The notes under the pieces are model-generated. The model did not search any database, was not told where the DNA came from, and worked only from the letters and a program-made list of their open reading frames with translations. Below are positions 45,005-54,636 of a stretch of DNA of 64,000 nt, in pieces. The stretch spans positions 9,886 to 73,885 of the forward strand of contig JAZNIJ010000239.1 in assembly GCA_045577455.1 (NCBI GenBank). Direction: 5' to 3'. Origin of the DNA: Eubacteriales bacterium (lineage in GTDB: Bacteria > Bacillota > Clostridia > Oscillospirales > CAG-382). The translations under genes were made by a program, and so were the position numbers. Numbering within the stretch: the stretch's first letter is position 1; each line of letters opens with the position of its first letter.

Positions 45005-47758
45005 ATGGGTTTATTCAGCAAATTATTTGGAACATATAGCGATAGACAAGTAAAAAAAGTAGAGAAAATAGCAAATGAAATAGAGGCACTGGCAGATAAG
45101 TATTATGCTATGAATGATAGTGAATTAAAATCCCAAACAGGGATATTGAAAGACAGACTTTCAAAGGGAGAAACTCTTGATGATATTCTTCCTGATGCTT
45201 TTGCTGTTGTTAGAGAGGCATCAACAAGAGTTTTGGGAAAACGACATTATCATGTTCAGCTCATCGGCGGTATTATCATTCATCAGGGCAGAATTGCTGA
45301 AATGAAAACCGGTGAAGGTAAAACTCTTATGGCAACCCTTCCTGCATATTTGAATGCTTTGTCAGGAAAGGGTGTTCATGTTGTTACTGTAAACGAATAC
45401 CTCGCAAGGCGTGATAGCGAATGGATGGGAAATATTTACAGATTTTTAGGTCTCACTGTTGGTCTTGTTGTTCATGCAACTCCCCCGGCTGAAAAGAGAA
45501 ACGCATATAACTCTGATATAACATATGGAACAAACAGCGAATTTGGTTTTGATTATCTGAGAGACAATATGGTTGTCTATAAGAAAAATATGGTTCAAAG
45601 AGGCCACAATTTTGCTATTGTAGACGAAGTTGACTCTGTTCTTATAGACGAAGCAAGAACTCCTCTTATAATTTCAGGTCCATCTGATGACAGTTCCCCT
45701 TTGTATGCAAAGGCAGATGATTTTGTGAGAGGCCTTAAAGCGCTTGTTATAAAGGAAATAGATGCAAAAGAATCTCAGGAAGATGTTGCAGAAGATTATA
45801 TTGTTGATGAAAAAGCAAGAACTGCTGTTCTCACAACAAATGGTGTAAAAAAAGCAGAGAGATTTTTTGGTATAGAAAATCTTGGTGATATTGAAAACAA
45901 TGATATAATGCACTATATAAATAACGCTTTGAGAGCCAGAGGCGTTATGAAAAATGAGGTTGACTATATCGTTAAAGACGGTCAGGTTCTCATTGTTGAT
46001 TCTTTCACAGGAAGAATAATGCACGGAAGAAGATATTCAAACGGCTTACATCAGGCAATAGAGGCAAAAGAAGGCGTTAAGGTTGAAAAAGAAAACAAAA
46101 CTCAGGCAACAATAACCTATCAGAATTTTTTCAGACTTTATACAAAGCTCTCAGGTATGACAGGTACTGCGCTTACTGAAGAAAATGAATTCCGTGAGAT
46201 TTATGCCCTTGATGTTGTTGAAGTTCCAACAAATAGACCTATGATTCGTAAAGACCATAATGATGTTGTTTATACAACCGTTGTGGGAAAATATAACGCA
46301 ATAATTGAGCAGATAAAAGAGTGTCATGAAAAAGGACAGCCAGTTCTTGTTGGTACTGTATCAATTGATAAATCTGAACTTTTATCAAAGATTTTAACTA
46401 AAAACGGCATAAAACATAATGTTCTCAATGCTAAATATCATGAGAGAGAAGCAGAAATAATTGCTCAGGCGGGAAAATTCGGTGCTGTTACAATTTCCAC
46501 CAATATGGCAGGTAGAGGAACGGATATTATGCTTGGGGGTAATGCTGAATTCCTTGCAAAAAACAAGCTCCGTTCTGAAGGTTATGATGAGGCAATGATA
46601 TATGAAGCAACCAGCTTTGGTGAAACGGAAGATGCAGAAATTCTTGCTTCAAGAGAAAAATTTAAAGCATATCATGATGCCTTTCAAAGTGAGATAAGCT
46701 CGGAAGCAGAAAAGGTAAGAAATGCAGGCGGATTGTTTATATTGGGCACAGAAAGACACGAGAGCAGACGTATTGATAATCAGCTTCGTGGCCGTGCAGG
46801 TAGACAGGGAGACCCTGGAGAGAGTAGATTCTTTATCTCTCTTGAAGATGACCTTATGAGGTTGTTTGGCGGAGAAAGATTGATTTCCATGGTTGAAAGA
46901 TTCAATATTCCTGCTGACCAGGCAATTGATGCAAAGCTCGTTTCAAGTAGCATAGAATCAGCTCAGAAGCGTCTTGAAGGAACAAACTTCCAAAGAAGAA
47001 AGCATGTTCTGGAATATGACGATGTTATGAATCAGCAACGCGAAATTATATATAGCCAGCGTAGAAGTGTTCTTGATGATGCTGATATGACTGATAAAAT
47101 CAAGAATATGATTCATGAAACAATCATTGCAGTTCTTGATAGCTATGCATCTGCTGATGTTCCAGACGAATGGAATTTTGACGGCATAAGAAACGCTTTC
47201 AGGGGTATAATTACAACCGACGAAGATTTCAGATATACTCCTGATGAGCTTAACGAGATAACAAGGCAGAAGCTGGAAGATGAGCTTATTGAAAGAGCAG
47301 ACAAGAAGTTTGCAGAGCAGGAGGAGCTTTTCACTCCTGAAATATTCAAGGAAGCACAGCGCGCTATCCTTCTCAGAACCGTTGATAAGCATTGGGTTGA
47401 GCATATTGATGCTATGGATGACTTGATTTCAGGAATAAACCTTTATGCGTATGCTCAGCGTAGCCCTATAAATGAATATAAAATTCAGGGCGCAGATATG
47501 TTCGATGCGATGATAGAATCTATTCGTGAGGGTACTGTAAGAGGTGTTCTTACTGTGAAACCTGTTCAGCGTGTTGAGAGAAAGCAGGTAATGACAGCTG
47601 CAAATACTTCTTTGAAAGGTCAAGAGCCACAAAAGAAGGTTACAGTTACAAAAACAGGAGTAAAAAAAGTTGGGCCAAATGATTCTTGCCCATGCGGTAG
47701 CGGTAAGAAGTTTAAAAAATGTTGTGGCTCTGTTATGGCAAACTCCGAAGATAAATAA
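45005..47758 (+). CDS. secA: Preprotein translocase ATPase SecA.
   Basis: Starts MGLFSKLFGTYSDRQVKKV.. Walker A MKTGEGKT. DEAD-like motifs. C-terminal zinc-binding CPCGSGKKFKKCCG. 917 aa from this start. Confidence 0.95.
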   Translation: MGLFSKLFGTYSDRQVKKVEKIANEIEALADKYYAMNDSELKSQTGILKDRLSKGETLDDILPDAFAVVREASTRVLGKRHYHVQLIGGIIIHQGRIAEMKTGEGKTLMATLPAYLNALSGKGVHVVTVNEYLARRDSEWMGNIYRFLGLTVGLVVHATPPAEKRNAYNSDITYGTNSEFGFDYLRDNMVVYKKNMVQRGHNFAIVDEVDSVLIDEARTPLIISGPSDDSSPLYAKADDFVRGLKALVIKEIDAKESQEDVAEDYIVDEKARTAVLTTNGVKKAERFFGIENLGDIENNDIMHYINNALRARGVMKNEVDYIVKDGQVLIVDSFTGRIMHGRRYSNGLHQAIEAKEGVKVEKENKTQATITYQNFFRLYTKLSGMTGTALTEENEFREIYALDVVEVPTNRPMIRKDHNDVVYTTVVGKYNAIIEQIKECHEKGQPVLVGTVSIDKSELLSKILTKNGIKHNVLNAKYHEREAEIIAQAGKFGAVTISTNMAGRGTDIMLGGNAEFLAKNKLRSEGYDEAMIYEATSFGETEDAEILASREKFKAYHDAFQSEISSEAEKVRNAGGLFILGTERHESRRIDNQLRGRAGRQGDPGESRFFISLEDDLMRLFGGERLISMVERFNIPADQAIDAKLVSSSIESAQKRLEGTNFQRRKHVLEYDDVMNQQREIIYSQRRSVLDDADMTDKIKNMIHETIIAVLDSYASADVPDEWNFDGIRNAFRGIITTDEDFRYTPDELNEITRQKLEDELIERADKKFAEQEELFTPEIFKEAQRAILLRTVDKHWVEHIDAMDDLISGINLYAYAQRSPINEYKIQGADMFDAMIESIREGTVRGVLTVKPVQRVERKQVMTAANTSLKGQEPQKKVTVTKTGVKKVGPNDSCPCGSGKKFKKCCGSVMANSEDK

Positions 47759-47770
47759 AGTTTAACATAA

Positions 47771-47804
47771 AACCGTTTTGGGACTTTTAGTGTCCCAAAA
47801 CGGG
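47771..47804 (+). terminator. Intrinsic terminator after secA.
   Basis: CCGTTTTGGGAC-TTTTAG-TGTCCCAAAACGG is a 12-bp stem. Confidence 0.6.
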
Positions 47805-47875
47805 TAAAGGTGCATTTTTATTCATTTGAGAAAATCAGGTAGTATATTTAAAACAGGATTATAAACGGGGTTGTT

Positions 47876-48607
47876 ATGGGATTTGGACTTTTAGCTTTAG
47901 GATATATATTTCTTTGCTTCTATTCAACAGGGGCAGACCTTATTGGCTACATAGTTATGCTTGTGGCTATTCTCAAGCTATCTAAAAATATTGGGAAAGA
48001 ATTCAAAAAATGCGCAATTGCAATATTGATTCTTATTCCCGTTGGTTGCTTTAATCTTTTCGGCTTTGTTGATACTGTTTTTGAGCTCGGTATAATGAAG
48101 GAAGAGTATACAAAGGTTTCGTATGATGAAGAAACCTTGGAGGAGCTTGGAATTTCACTTTCCACATCATCTGAATCTGTTGATAACGGGGAAGGTACAG
48201 GGAATACCGAAAAAAAAGATGATATTATTGAATCTTCCAAAGAAGGTATAATTAAGTCATCATCAAAACGCAGTAAAGGTGCAAAAATAGCAGATGCCAT
48301 TTTCAATGCTTTTTTTATTTTTGGCTCTCTCTGTTTTCATTATTTCTTTTATCAGGCAATTATACCACTTTGTGAAAAAACAAGGGAGTTAAAAAGAAAG
48401 TCAAAGGCAAAACGTAATTCTGCAATAAATATTATCTTCTTTTCTCTGTGGGGTTTGATTACGGCAGGAGGAGCAAATTTGGCTCTCGTTACAGCAGTAA
48501 CTCTTGCACATTTTCTTGTGATAATACTGAATTTTATATATATTCACGGATGTTTTGTAACTTTCGCTTATGAAAGCGATGTAGAGGACGAAGAAGCGGA
48601 TGAATGA
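47876..48607 (+). CDS. Polytopic membrane protein, paralog A, with an acidic C-terminus.
   Basis: 243 aa. Four or more predicted TM helices. The N-terminal motif LLALGYIFL...DLIGYIVMLVAILKLSK is shared with the next gene. Confidence 0.5.
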   Translation: MGFGLLALGYIFLCFYSTGADLIGYIVMLVAILKLSKNIGKEFKKCAIAILILIPVGCFNLFGFVDTVFELGIMKEEYTKVSYDEETLEELGISLSTSSESVDNGEGTGNTEKKDDIIESSKEGIIKSSSKRSKGAKIADAIFNAFFIFGSLCFHYFFYQAIIPLCEKTRELKRKSKAKRNSAINIIFFSLWGLITAGGANLALVTAVTLAHFLVIILNFIYIHGCFVTFAYESDVEDEEADE

Positions 48608-49868
48608 AAAACTAAGCAAAAAAGAGTTTAAACTGAATTTTTTCGGATCACCTTTGTTGACGGTTGGTTTGATTTTTTTGTTCAATCCCTTGGTTGGACT
48701 TGTTGATTTTTTACCTGATTTTATTGGATATTTCTTTTTGATTGCCGCGTTGGATTTGCCAAAAAGACTCAACGGTGATATGGAATATGGAGTTAAACAG
48801 TTAAAATATCTGTGCGGTGTTTCCTTTTTGTTCTTTATTTTGATGTTCAATACATTTAAAATGGATTCATCTTGGAATTTAACCCTCACTTTTTCCTATA
48901 TGGCGTTAACTGTTATGCTTGGGCTTGGAGCTTGTAATAACATATTTAATGGCATAGACTATTTAACAGACCGTCATGGAAGTAGCGATATACCATCTGC
49001 ATATGAACCAAAATTTATAACGAGAGTCTATATTGTTGCAAAGGCATTGCTGGTTGTTATTCCCGAAATATTTGCTATTATAGAAGTTGATTCACAAAAT
49101 GACTTATCTCCCAATAATGATTATGCATCTATTTTAAGAATGGAAAAATACGTTGTTGTTTTTTGCTTTTTGGTTTCTTTGGTACTTGCCATTGTATGGC
49201 TCAGATATATATTCAGATTTAGAAAAGCTCTTAAAAAAGATGAAAAGCTAAATTCTGAGTTAAAGGAAATGTATCTTAACGATTATTCAAAAGACGGTAT
49301 TCCCGTTAAGTTTTTTGGGCTTTATGTTGGTAATGCTCTGATTCTCGTGTCCCATATTTTCGTTTATGATTTTGTTATAGATTCAGTTCATTTTCTACCA
49401 GAATTCCTTTCGGTTATTTTTTCTGCGCTTGGACTTGTTTTAATTAAAGATTATGTTAATTTAAAAGGCATATTTAAATATTTTTCCCTTGCAATTATAT
49501 TTCAGGGAGTAACTTTTATTTATAAAATGTTTTTTGTTGAGAATATCATACTTGAGCTATGGGATATAACAATGTGGCATTTAGTGATTGGAGCTTTTAT
49601 TGCACTTGGATATATAGTTTTCACTTATTTGTATTTTAGAAAAGTTCATCAGATAACATCAGATTCATACGAAAAAATATTCGGATGGAAATCCATGCAG
49701 GATTACCGCTTGGGCGAGGTATTCTTTTTTATTGGCTTGTCTGCGGGCGGTGCAAATATAATCTGTCCTATATGGAGACCAACATTTTCGGGAATTATGA
49801 TTTTAACCTTGTTTATTTCTGTATATCATTATTCTAAGTTATATACAAGGTTTGATATTAACAAATGA
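48600..49868 (+). CDS. Polytopic membrane protein, paralog B.
   Basis: 422 aa. More than eight TM helices. N-terminus LLTVGLIFL...DFIGYFFLIAALDLPKR parallels paralog A. An 8-nt overlap with the preceding gene suggests translational coupling. Confidence 0.5.
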   Translation: MNEKLSKKEFKLNFFGSPLLTVGLIFLFNPLVGLVDFLPDFIGYFFLIAALDLPKRLNGDMEYGVKQLKYLCGVSFLFFILMFNTFKMDSSWNLTLTFSYMALTVMLGLGACNNIFNGIDYLTDRHGSSDIPSAYEPKFITRVYIVAKALLVVIPEIFAIIEVDSQNDLSPNNDYASILRMEKYVVVFCFLVSLVLAIVWLRYIFRFRKALKKDEKLNSELKEMYLNDYSKDGIPVKFFGLYVGNALILVSHIFVYDFVIDSVHFLPEFLSVIFSALGLVLIKDYVNLKGIFKYFSLAIIFQGVTFIYKMFFVENIILELWDITMWHLVIGAFIALGYIVFTYLYFRKVHQITSDSYEKIFGWKSMQDYRLGEVFFFIGLSAGGANIICPIWRPTFSGIMILTLFISVYHYSKLYTRFDINK

Positions 49869-49884
49869 AAAGGAATTTAAAATA

Positions 49885-51768
49885 ATGTGCGGTTTTGCAG
49901 GAATTTTCGTTAATAACGATGATATAGAAAAATATTTACCCGAAATAGAAAAAATGTCAAACTGCATCCGACATCGCGGACCGGATGACAGCAGAATATA
50001 TAAGGGAGATAATGCGCTTTTTGCTTTTCGCAGATTGAGTATTATTGACCTTGATGGTGGAAGCCAACCTTTTGTTTCAAAATGTGGCAACTATGCTTCA
50101 GTTTTTAATGGCGAGATATATAATTATCTTGAATTAAAAAAAGAATTGGAAAAGGAAGGTGTTGATTTTTCAACCAATTCTGAAATAGAAGTTATTGTGA
50201 ATCTGTATATGAGAGAGGGCGCAGAGTTTGTTAAAAAGCTCCGTGGTATGTTTGCAATACTCATATATGATAAACAAAACAAATCTCTTTTTGCTGCAAG
50301 AGATCCTTTTGGTATAAAGCCATTATATTACAGATTTACTGATAACGGTATAAAGCTGTCAAGTGAAATGAAAGCGTTTTTCTTTGATAGTGAGTATGAA
50401 GCATTTGATGTAAACAATGAAAGATTGCAGAATTATTTTACATTTCAATATGTTACAGAGCCGGATACAATAACAAATGAAATTAAAATACTCCCAAAGG
50501 GTTCTTATATGATGTTTTCGCAGAGTGCTGAAATAAAGGAGTATTATGCACAATCCTTTGCACCCGATGTAAAAACATCCTATGAAGTTAAAAGAAAAAA
50601 ACTTCGTGAAACCGTTGAAGAAAGTGTTGCTGCCCATATGCTCAGCGATGTACCTCTTGGTAGCTTTCTTTCAAGCGGTATAGATTCGGCGGTTATCACT
50701 GCTGTTGCAAGCAAATTGCAACCTGGAATTAAGGCGTTTACTGTCGGGTTCAATGTTAAAGGGTATACAGAGCTTGCAGATGCAAAGGGTATTTCTTCCC
50801 ATCTTGATATAGATCATATTTTATTGGAATGTAATCTTGATGATTTCCTTAAATCATATGAAAGGGTAATATATCATCTTGATTCTCCTGTTGCAGATCC
50901 ATCTGTTGTTGCGATTTATCTCATATGCAAGGAAGCAGCTCGCCATGTTAAGGTTGTTCTCTCTGGTGAGGGCTCAGATGAAATGTTTGCGGGATATAGA
51001 GTTTATGATAGCTCTCGCAGTGCGGACAAAATTGCAAATCTTCCTTGCGTTATAAAAGCACCGTTAAAGCTTTTGTATAAAATGATGCCTGCAGGAATGA
51101 AGGGAAAAAATCTTTTGGAAAGAGGTCTTATCCCAGTTGAAAAAAGATTTGTTGGAAACTCCTTTGTTTTCACAGAAAAAGCCAAAAAGTTATTTTTAAA
51201 AACTTTTGACCCAAATGTTTCTTTCACAGACAGAACAGCTTCCATATATGCTAAAACAGAGGGGTACACTTCTGCAATGAAAATGCAGTATTGTGATTTT
51301 AACACATGGCTTCCTTCTGATATCCTTGTTAAGGGTGATAGGTTAAGTATGGCAAATGCTCTTGAAGTTAGGGTTCCATTCCTTGATAAAAAGGTTTATG
51401 ATGTTGCAAGAACTTTGTGCGATGGAGATAAGCTGACTGAAAACACAACAAAGTATATATTAAGAGATGCTTTTAGAGACATTCTAAATGCAGAAACAAT
51501 TGTTCGACCAAAGTTGGGATACCCTGTTCCTGTGAGAGTATGGCTTAAAGATGAGCTTTACGATTGGGCAAAGGAAAAAATTATAACAGAATGTGCTGAG
51601 GAATATATCGATAAAAACGGAGCTTTGAAGCTCCTTGAAGACCATAGAAAAGGTAAGCGCGATTTGTATCACGAAATATGGTCAATTCTTGTATTTAATA
51701 CATGGTATAAAATGTATGTAACTGATGCTGAGGGCACAAAAAAGAAGATTGAAACAGGTGAGCTTTAA
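49885..51768 (+). CDS. asnB: Asparagine synthetase (glutamine-hydrolysing), AsnB family.
   Basis: Start chosen so that Cys is residue 2 (MCGFAGIF..), as a class-II glutamine amidotransferase requires. SGGIDS PP-loop motif (LSSGIDSAVI). Confidence 0.85.
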   Translation: MCGFAGIFVNNDDIEKYLPEIEKMSNCIRHRGPDDSRIYKGDNALFAFRRLSIIDLDGGSQPFVSKCGNYASVFNGEIYNYLELKKELEKEGVDFSTNSEIEVIVNLYMREGAEFVKKLRGMFAILIYDKQNKSLFAARDPFGIKPLYYRFTDNGIKLSSEMKAFFFDSEYEAFDVNNERLQNYFTFQYVTEPDTITNEIKILPKGSYMMFSQSAEIKEYYAQSFAPDVKTSYEVKRKKLRETVEESVAAHMLSDVPLGSFLSSGIDSAVITAVASKLQPGIKAFTVGFNVKGYTELADAKGISSHLDIDHILLECNLDDFLKSYERVIYHLDSPVADPSVVAIYLICKEAARHVKVVLSGEGSDEMFAGYRVYDSSRSADKIANLPCVIKAPLKLLYKMMPAGMKGKNLLERGLIPVEKRFVGNSFVFTEKAKKLFLKTFDPNVSFTDRTASIYAKTEGYTSAMKMQYCDFNTWLPSDILVKGDRLSMANALEVRVPFLDKKVYDVARTLCDGDKLTENTTKYILRDAFRDILNAETIVRPKLGYPVPVRVWLKDELYDWAKEKIITECAEEYIDKNGALKLLEDHRKGKRDLYHEIWSILVFNTWYKMYVTDAEGTKKKIETGEL

Positions 51769-53147
51769 TGAATTTTGAAAAAACAATTGCTGCAGTTTCA
51801 ACTCCTTATGGAAAGGGAGGAATTGCTGTTATCCGAATATCCGGCAAGGATGCCTATGATATAACATCAAAAATATTTTCCCCAAAATCGGGAAAAAAGT
51901 TGAGTCAATACAAACCTGGTTTTGCAGTGTATGGAAATTTCTTCGATGCAGAAGGTACTTTTGATGACGGTTTAGCAGTTTTCTTTAAAAATCCCCATAG
52001 CTTTACGGGTGAGGATACTGTTGAGCTTAGCTGTCATGGCGGTATTTTGGTAACTCAAAGGTTGCTTCGCGCTTGTTTGTCTGCAGGTGCAGAGTATGCA
52101 GGTCCAGGTGAATTCACAAGGCGTGCGTTTGTTAATGGAAAGCTCACTCTTTCTCAGGCAGAAGCAATTGGAGGAATTATTGATGCGGTTACTGATAAGC
52201 ATCTCAGTATAAGTGCAAATCAAAGCAGAGGTTCTCTTTCGAAAAAAATCAATGAGCTTTCAATGCGTCTTATCGGGCTTGCCGCTTCTGTATATGCATA
52301 TATAGATTATCCTGATGAAGATATGACGGATGTTTCTGTTGAAGAAATGAAATCAATTCTTGAGGACATAAAATCCGATATTGAAAAGTTGATGAATTCT
52401 TTCAAATACGGAAAAGCAATTTCCGAAGGCGTTAAAACTGTTATTGCAGGAAGACCTAATATGGGAAAAAGCTCCATAATGAATTTTTTTGCAGGTTACG
52501 ACAGGGCTTTGGTATCGGATATTGCAGGAACAACCCGTGATGTTGTAACAGAGAAAATCAGGTTTGGTGATATTGTTCTTAATGTTGCAGATACAGCGGG
52601 TATTCATGATGCAAATGATGTTATTGAAAAGATGGGAATGGAGAAAAGCATAGAATACATCAAAAACGCAGAACTTGTTCTTATTGTTGCTGATGCTTAT
52701 GAAGGTCTCCAACCTGATGATTTTAATGTTATACATCGCGTGAGAGAATATGGAAAAGAGGACTGCACGATTCTCATTCTCAACAAAGCCGATAAGGGTA
52801 GGGCTTCCGAAAAAATGGAGAAGGTTTTACCAAATGTATGTTATTTTTCCGCTATAGCTCCTGAAGAATCCCAAATTTCACAGCTTAAGGAACTTATAGG
52901 AAAAATATGCGGTGAAAAAGAGGTTGATGTTAATTCCGAAATAATTATCAATGCTCGTCAGTATTCTGCTCTTAATAAAGCATTTGGAGCAGTTAATAAC
53001 GCAATTATTGCTCTTGATGGGTTCACTCAGGACATCGCTGGCTTTGATATCGAAGAAGCTATAGCATCATTGAGAGAGCTTGAGGGAAGAAAAGTTTCAG
53101 AGGCAATAGTTGATGAAATTTTCTCGAAATTTTGTGTTGGTAAATAA
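51768..53147 (+). CDS. mnmE: tRNA modification GTPase MnmE.
   Basis: N-terminal THF-binding domain. G-domain GRPNMGKSS..DIAGTTRD..DTAG..NKAD. C-terminal CxGK (FCVGK). Overlaps the asnB stop. Confidence 0.9.
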   Translation: MNFEKTIAAVSTPYGKGGIAVIRISGKDAYDITSKIFSPKSGKKLSQYKPGFAVYGNFFDAEGTFDDGLAVFFKNPHSFTGEDTVELSCHGGILVTQRLLRACLSAGAEYAGPGEFTRRAFVNGKLTLSQAEAIGGIIDAVTDKHLSISANQSRGSLSKKINELSMRLIGLAASVYAYIDYPDEDMTDVSVEEMKSILEDIKSDIEKLMNSFKYGKAISEGVKTVIAGRPNMGKSSIMNFFAGYDRALVSDIAGTTRDVVTEKIRFGDIVLNVADTAGIHDANDVIEKMGMEKSIEYIKNAELVLIVADAYEGLQPDDFNVIHRVREYGKEDCTILILNKADKGRASEKMEKVLPNVCYFSAIAPEESQISQLKELIGKICGEKEVDVNSEIIINARQYSALNKAFGAVNNAIIALDGFTQDIAGFDIEEAIASLRELEGRKVSEAIVDEIFSKFCVGK

Positions 53148-53169
53148 ATTATTTATGTAAGAGGCAATA

Positions 53170-53715
53170 ATGCATTTTTTTCGTCATTTAAAAACCATAA
53201 CAAAGCATAGGCATCAGGTTATTTCTCATTGCTTTAAAATTGGAATCGGATTTCAGGGGTTAAGGCATGACTTGTCTAAATATTCTCCTTCAGAGTTTCT
53301 TTGTGGGGTGAAGTATTATCAAGGAATAAGAAGCCCAAATGAGCGAGAAAGGGAAATTTTTGGCTATTCATCAGCGTGGCTTCATCATAAGGGGCGCAAT
53401 AAACATCATTTTGAGTATTGGGTCGATGTTAATCCTGCAACGAAGCATTACGAGCCGGTTGAAATGCCTTTAAGATATGTTGCTGAAATGTTTTGCGATA
53501 GAGTTGCTGCAAGCAAAATATATAAGGGAAAATCATATTCGGATTCTTCCTCACTTGAATATTTCAACCAAGGAAAAGCTGCAACTCAAATGCATCCAAA
53601 AACTGCAGAGATTTTGAGAGGGTGGCTTGTTATGCTATCAGAAAAAGGCGAAAAAGAAACTTTTGCATTTATAAAAGCATTGATAAAACAAAATAAAAAA
53701 GAAAAGAAGTTTTAG
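53170..53715 (+). CDS. Conserved hypothetical protein (DUF-type). Function not recognised.
   Basis: 181-aa basic His-rich protein (HFFRHLKTITKHRHQV.., HDLSKYSP, WLHHKGRNKHHFEYW). Confidence 0.45.
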   Translation: MHFFRHLKTITKHRHQVISHCFKIGIGFQGLRHDLSKYSPSEFLCGVKYYQGIRSPNEREREIFGYSSAWLHHKGRNKHHFEYWVDVNPATKHYEPVEMPLRYVAEMFCDRVAASKIYKGKSYSDSSSLEYFNQGKAATQMHPKTAEILRGWLVMLSEKGEKETFAFIKALIKQNKKEKKF

Positions 53716-53728
53716 TTTGGAGTTATAG

Positions 53729-54268
53729 ATGAAAATTGTTATTGCATCAGATATACATGGGTCATATGCTTGTGCGGAAAAATTATTCCGTATGATTGAA
53801 AAAGAGTCGGCTGATTTGGTTTTGATTCTTGGGGATATTCTTTATCATGGCCCAAGAAATGATTTACCAATGGAATACGATTGTAAAAAGGTTGCCTCGT
53901 TGCTTAATTCATACAAAGCAAAAATAGTTGCAATTAAGGGGAATTGCGACAGTGAAGTTGATCAGATGATGTTAGAATTTCCAATTTTGTCTGAAACGGC
54001 AGTTATAAATGCAGATGGTGTAACAATTTATGCAACCCACGGTCATAAATTTAACCCCGATACGCCTTTAGCGGCTCCCAAAAATTCAGTTGTTGCTTTT
54101 GGTCATACTCATATCCCAACCGATAGAGTTGTTGATGGGGTTCGATATATCAATCCAGGATCTGTTTCAATTCCAAAAAACAAAAGTGATAGGGGATATG
54201 TTCTTTTTGAAAGCGGATGCTTTGTTTGGAAAAATCTTGATGGTGACATTGTGAAACCTCAGAATTGA
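53729..54268 (+). CDS. YfcE/MJ0936-family metallophosphoesterase.
   Basis: MKIVIASDIHG.. GDILYHG.. GNCD.. YATHGH.. FGHTHIP metal-ligand blocks. Confidence 0.8.
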   Translation: MKIVIASDIHGSYACAEKLFRMIEKESADLVLILGDILYHGPRNDLPMEYDCKKVASLLNSYKAKIVAIKGNCDSEVDQMMLEFPILSETAVINADGVTIYATHGHKFNPDTPLAAPKNSVVAFGHTHIPTDRVVDGVRYINPGSVSIPKNKSDRGYVLFESGCFVWKNLDGDIVKPQN

Positions 54269-54479
54269 GTTTCAAAACAATTTGCTGGTTGCTACAATAT
54301 TTTTAAAATAAAAATCAAATAATTTAGCAAGGAGCTTGATGTAAACAGTTACATTAAGCTCTTTAGTTTTTATGATACCTGATTTTAAAACAATACATAA
54401 TACTGCTGGTGGTATTTTTTAAAAAGTCAATAAATAAAGCTTAATTTTTGATAATTATCAGGTAATTTTTAGAAAAAAC

Positions 54480-54509
54480 ATTGACAGAGAAAAGAAAATA
54501 TGGTATCAT
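54480..54509 (+). promoter_or_regulatory. Sigma-A promoter upstream of thrS (TTGACA-17-TATCAT).
   Basis: TTGACAgagaaaagaaaatatggTATCAT. The leader that follows is about 125 nt and has no T-box motifs. Confidence 0.45.
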
Positions 54510-54636
54510 CTTGAATAAGAATGTGAAAGTGTAGGATTGTATATTTTATGCTTTGTAACATTTGCTAAATTGCGTGTATTATTTACTTAAAACAATATAT
54601 TATATGAAAGGGCGCATTGTTGCGCATGGTACAATT

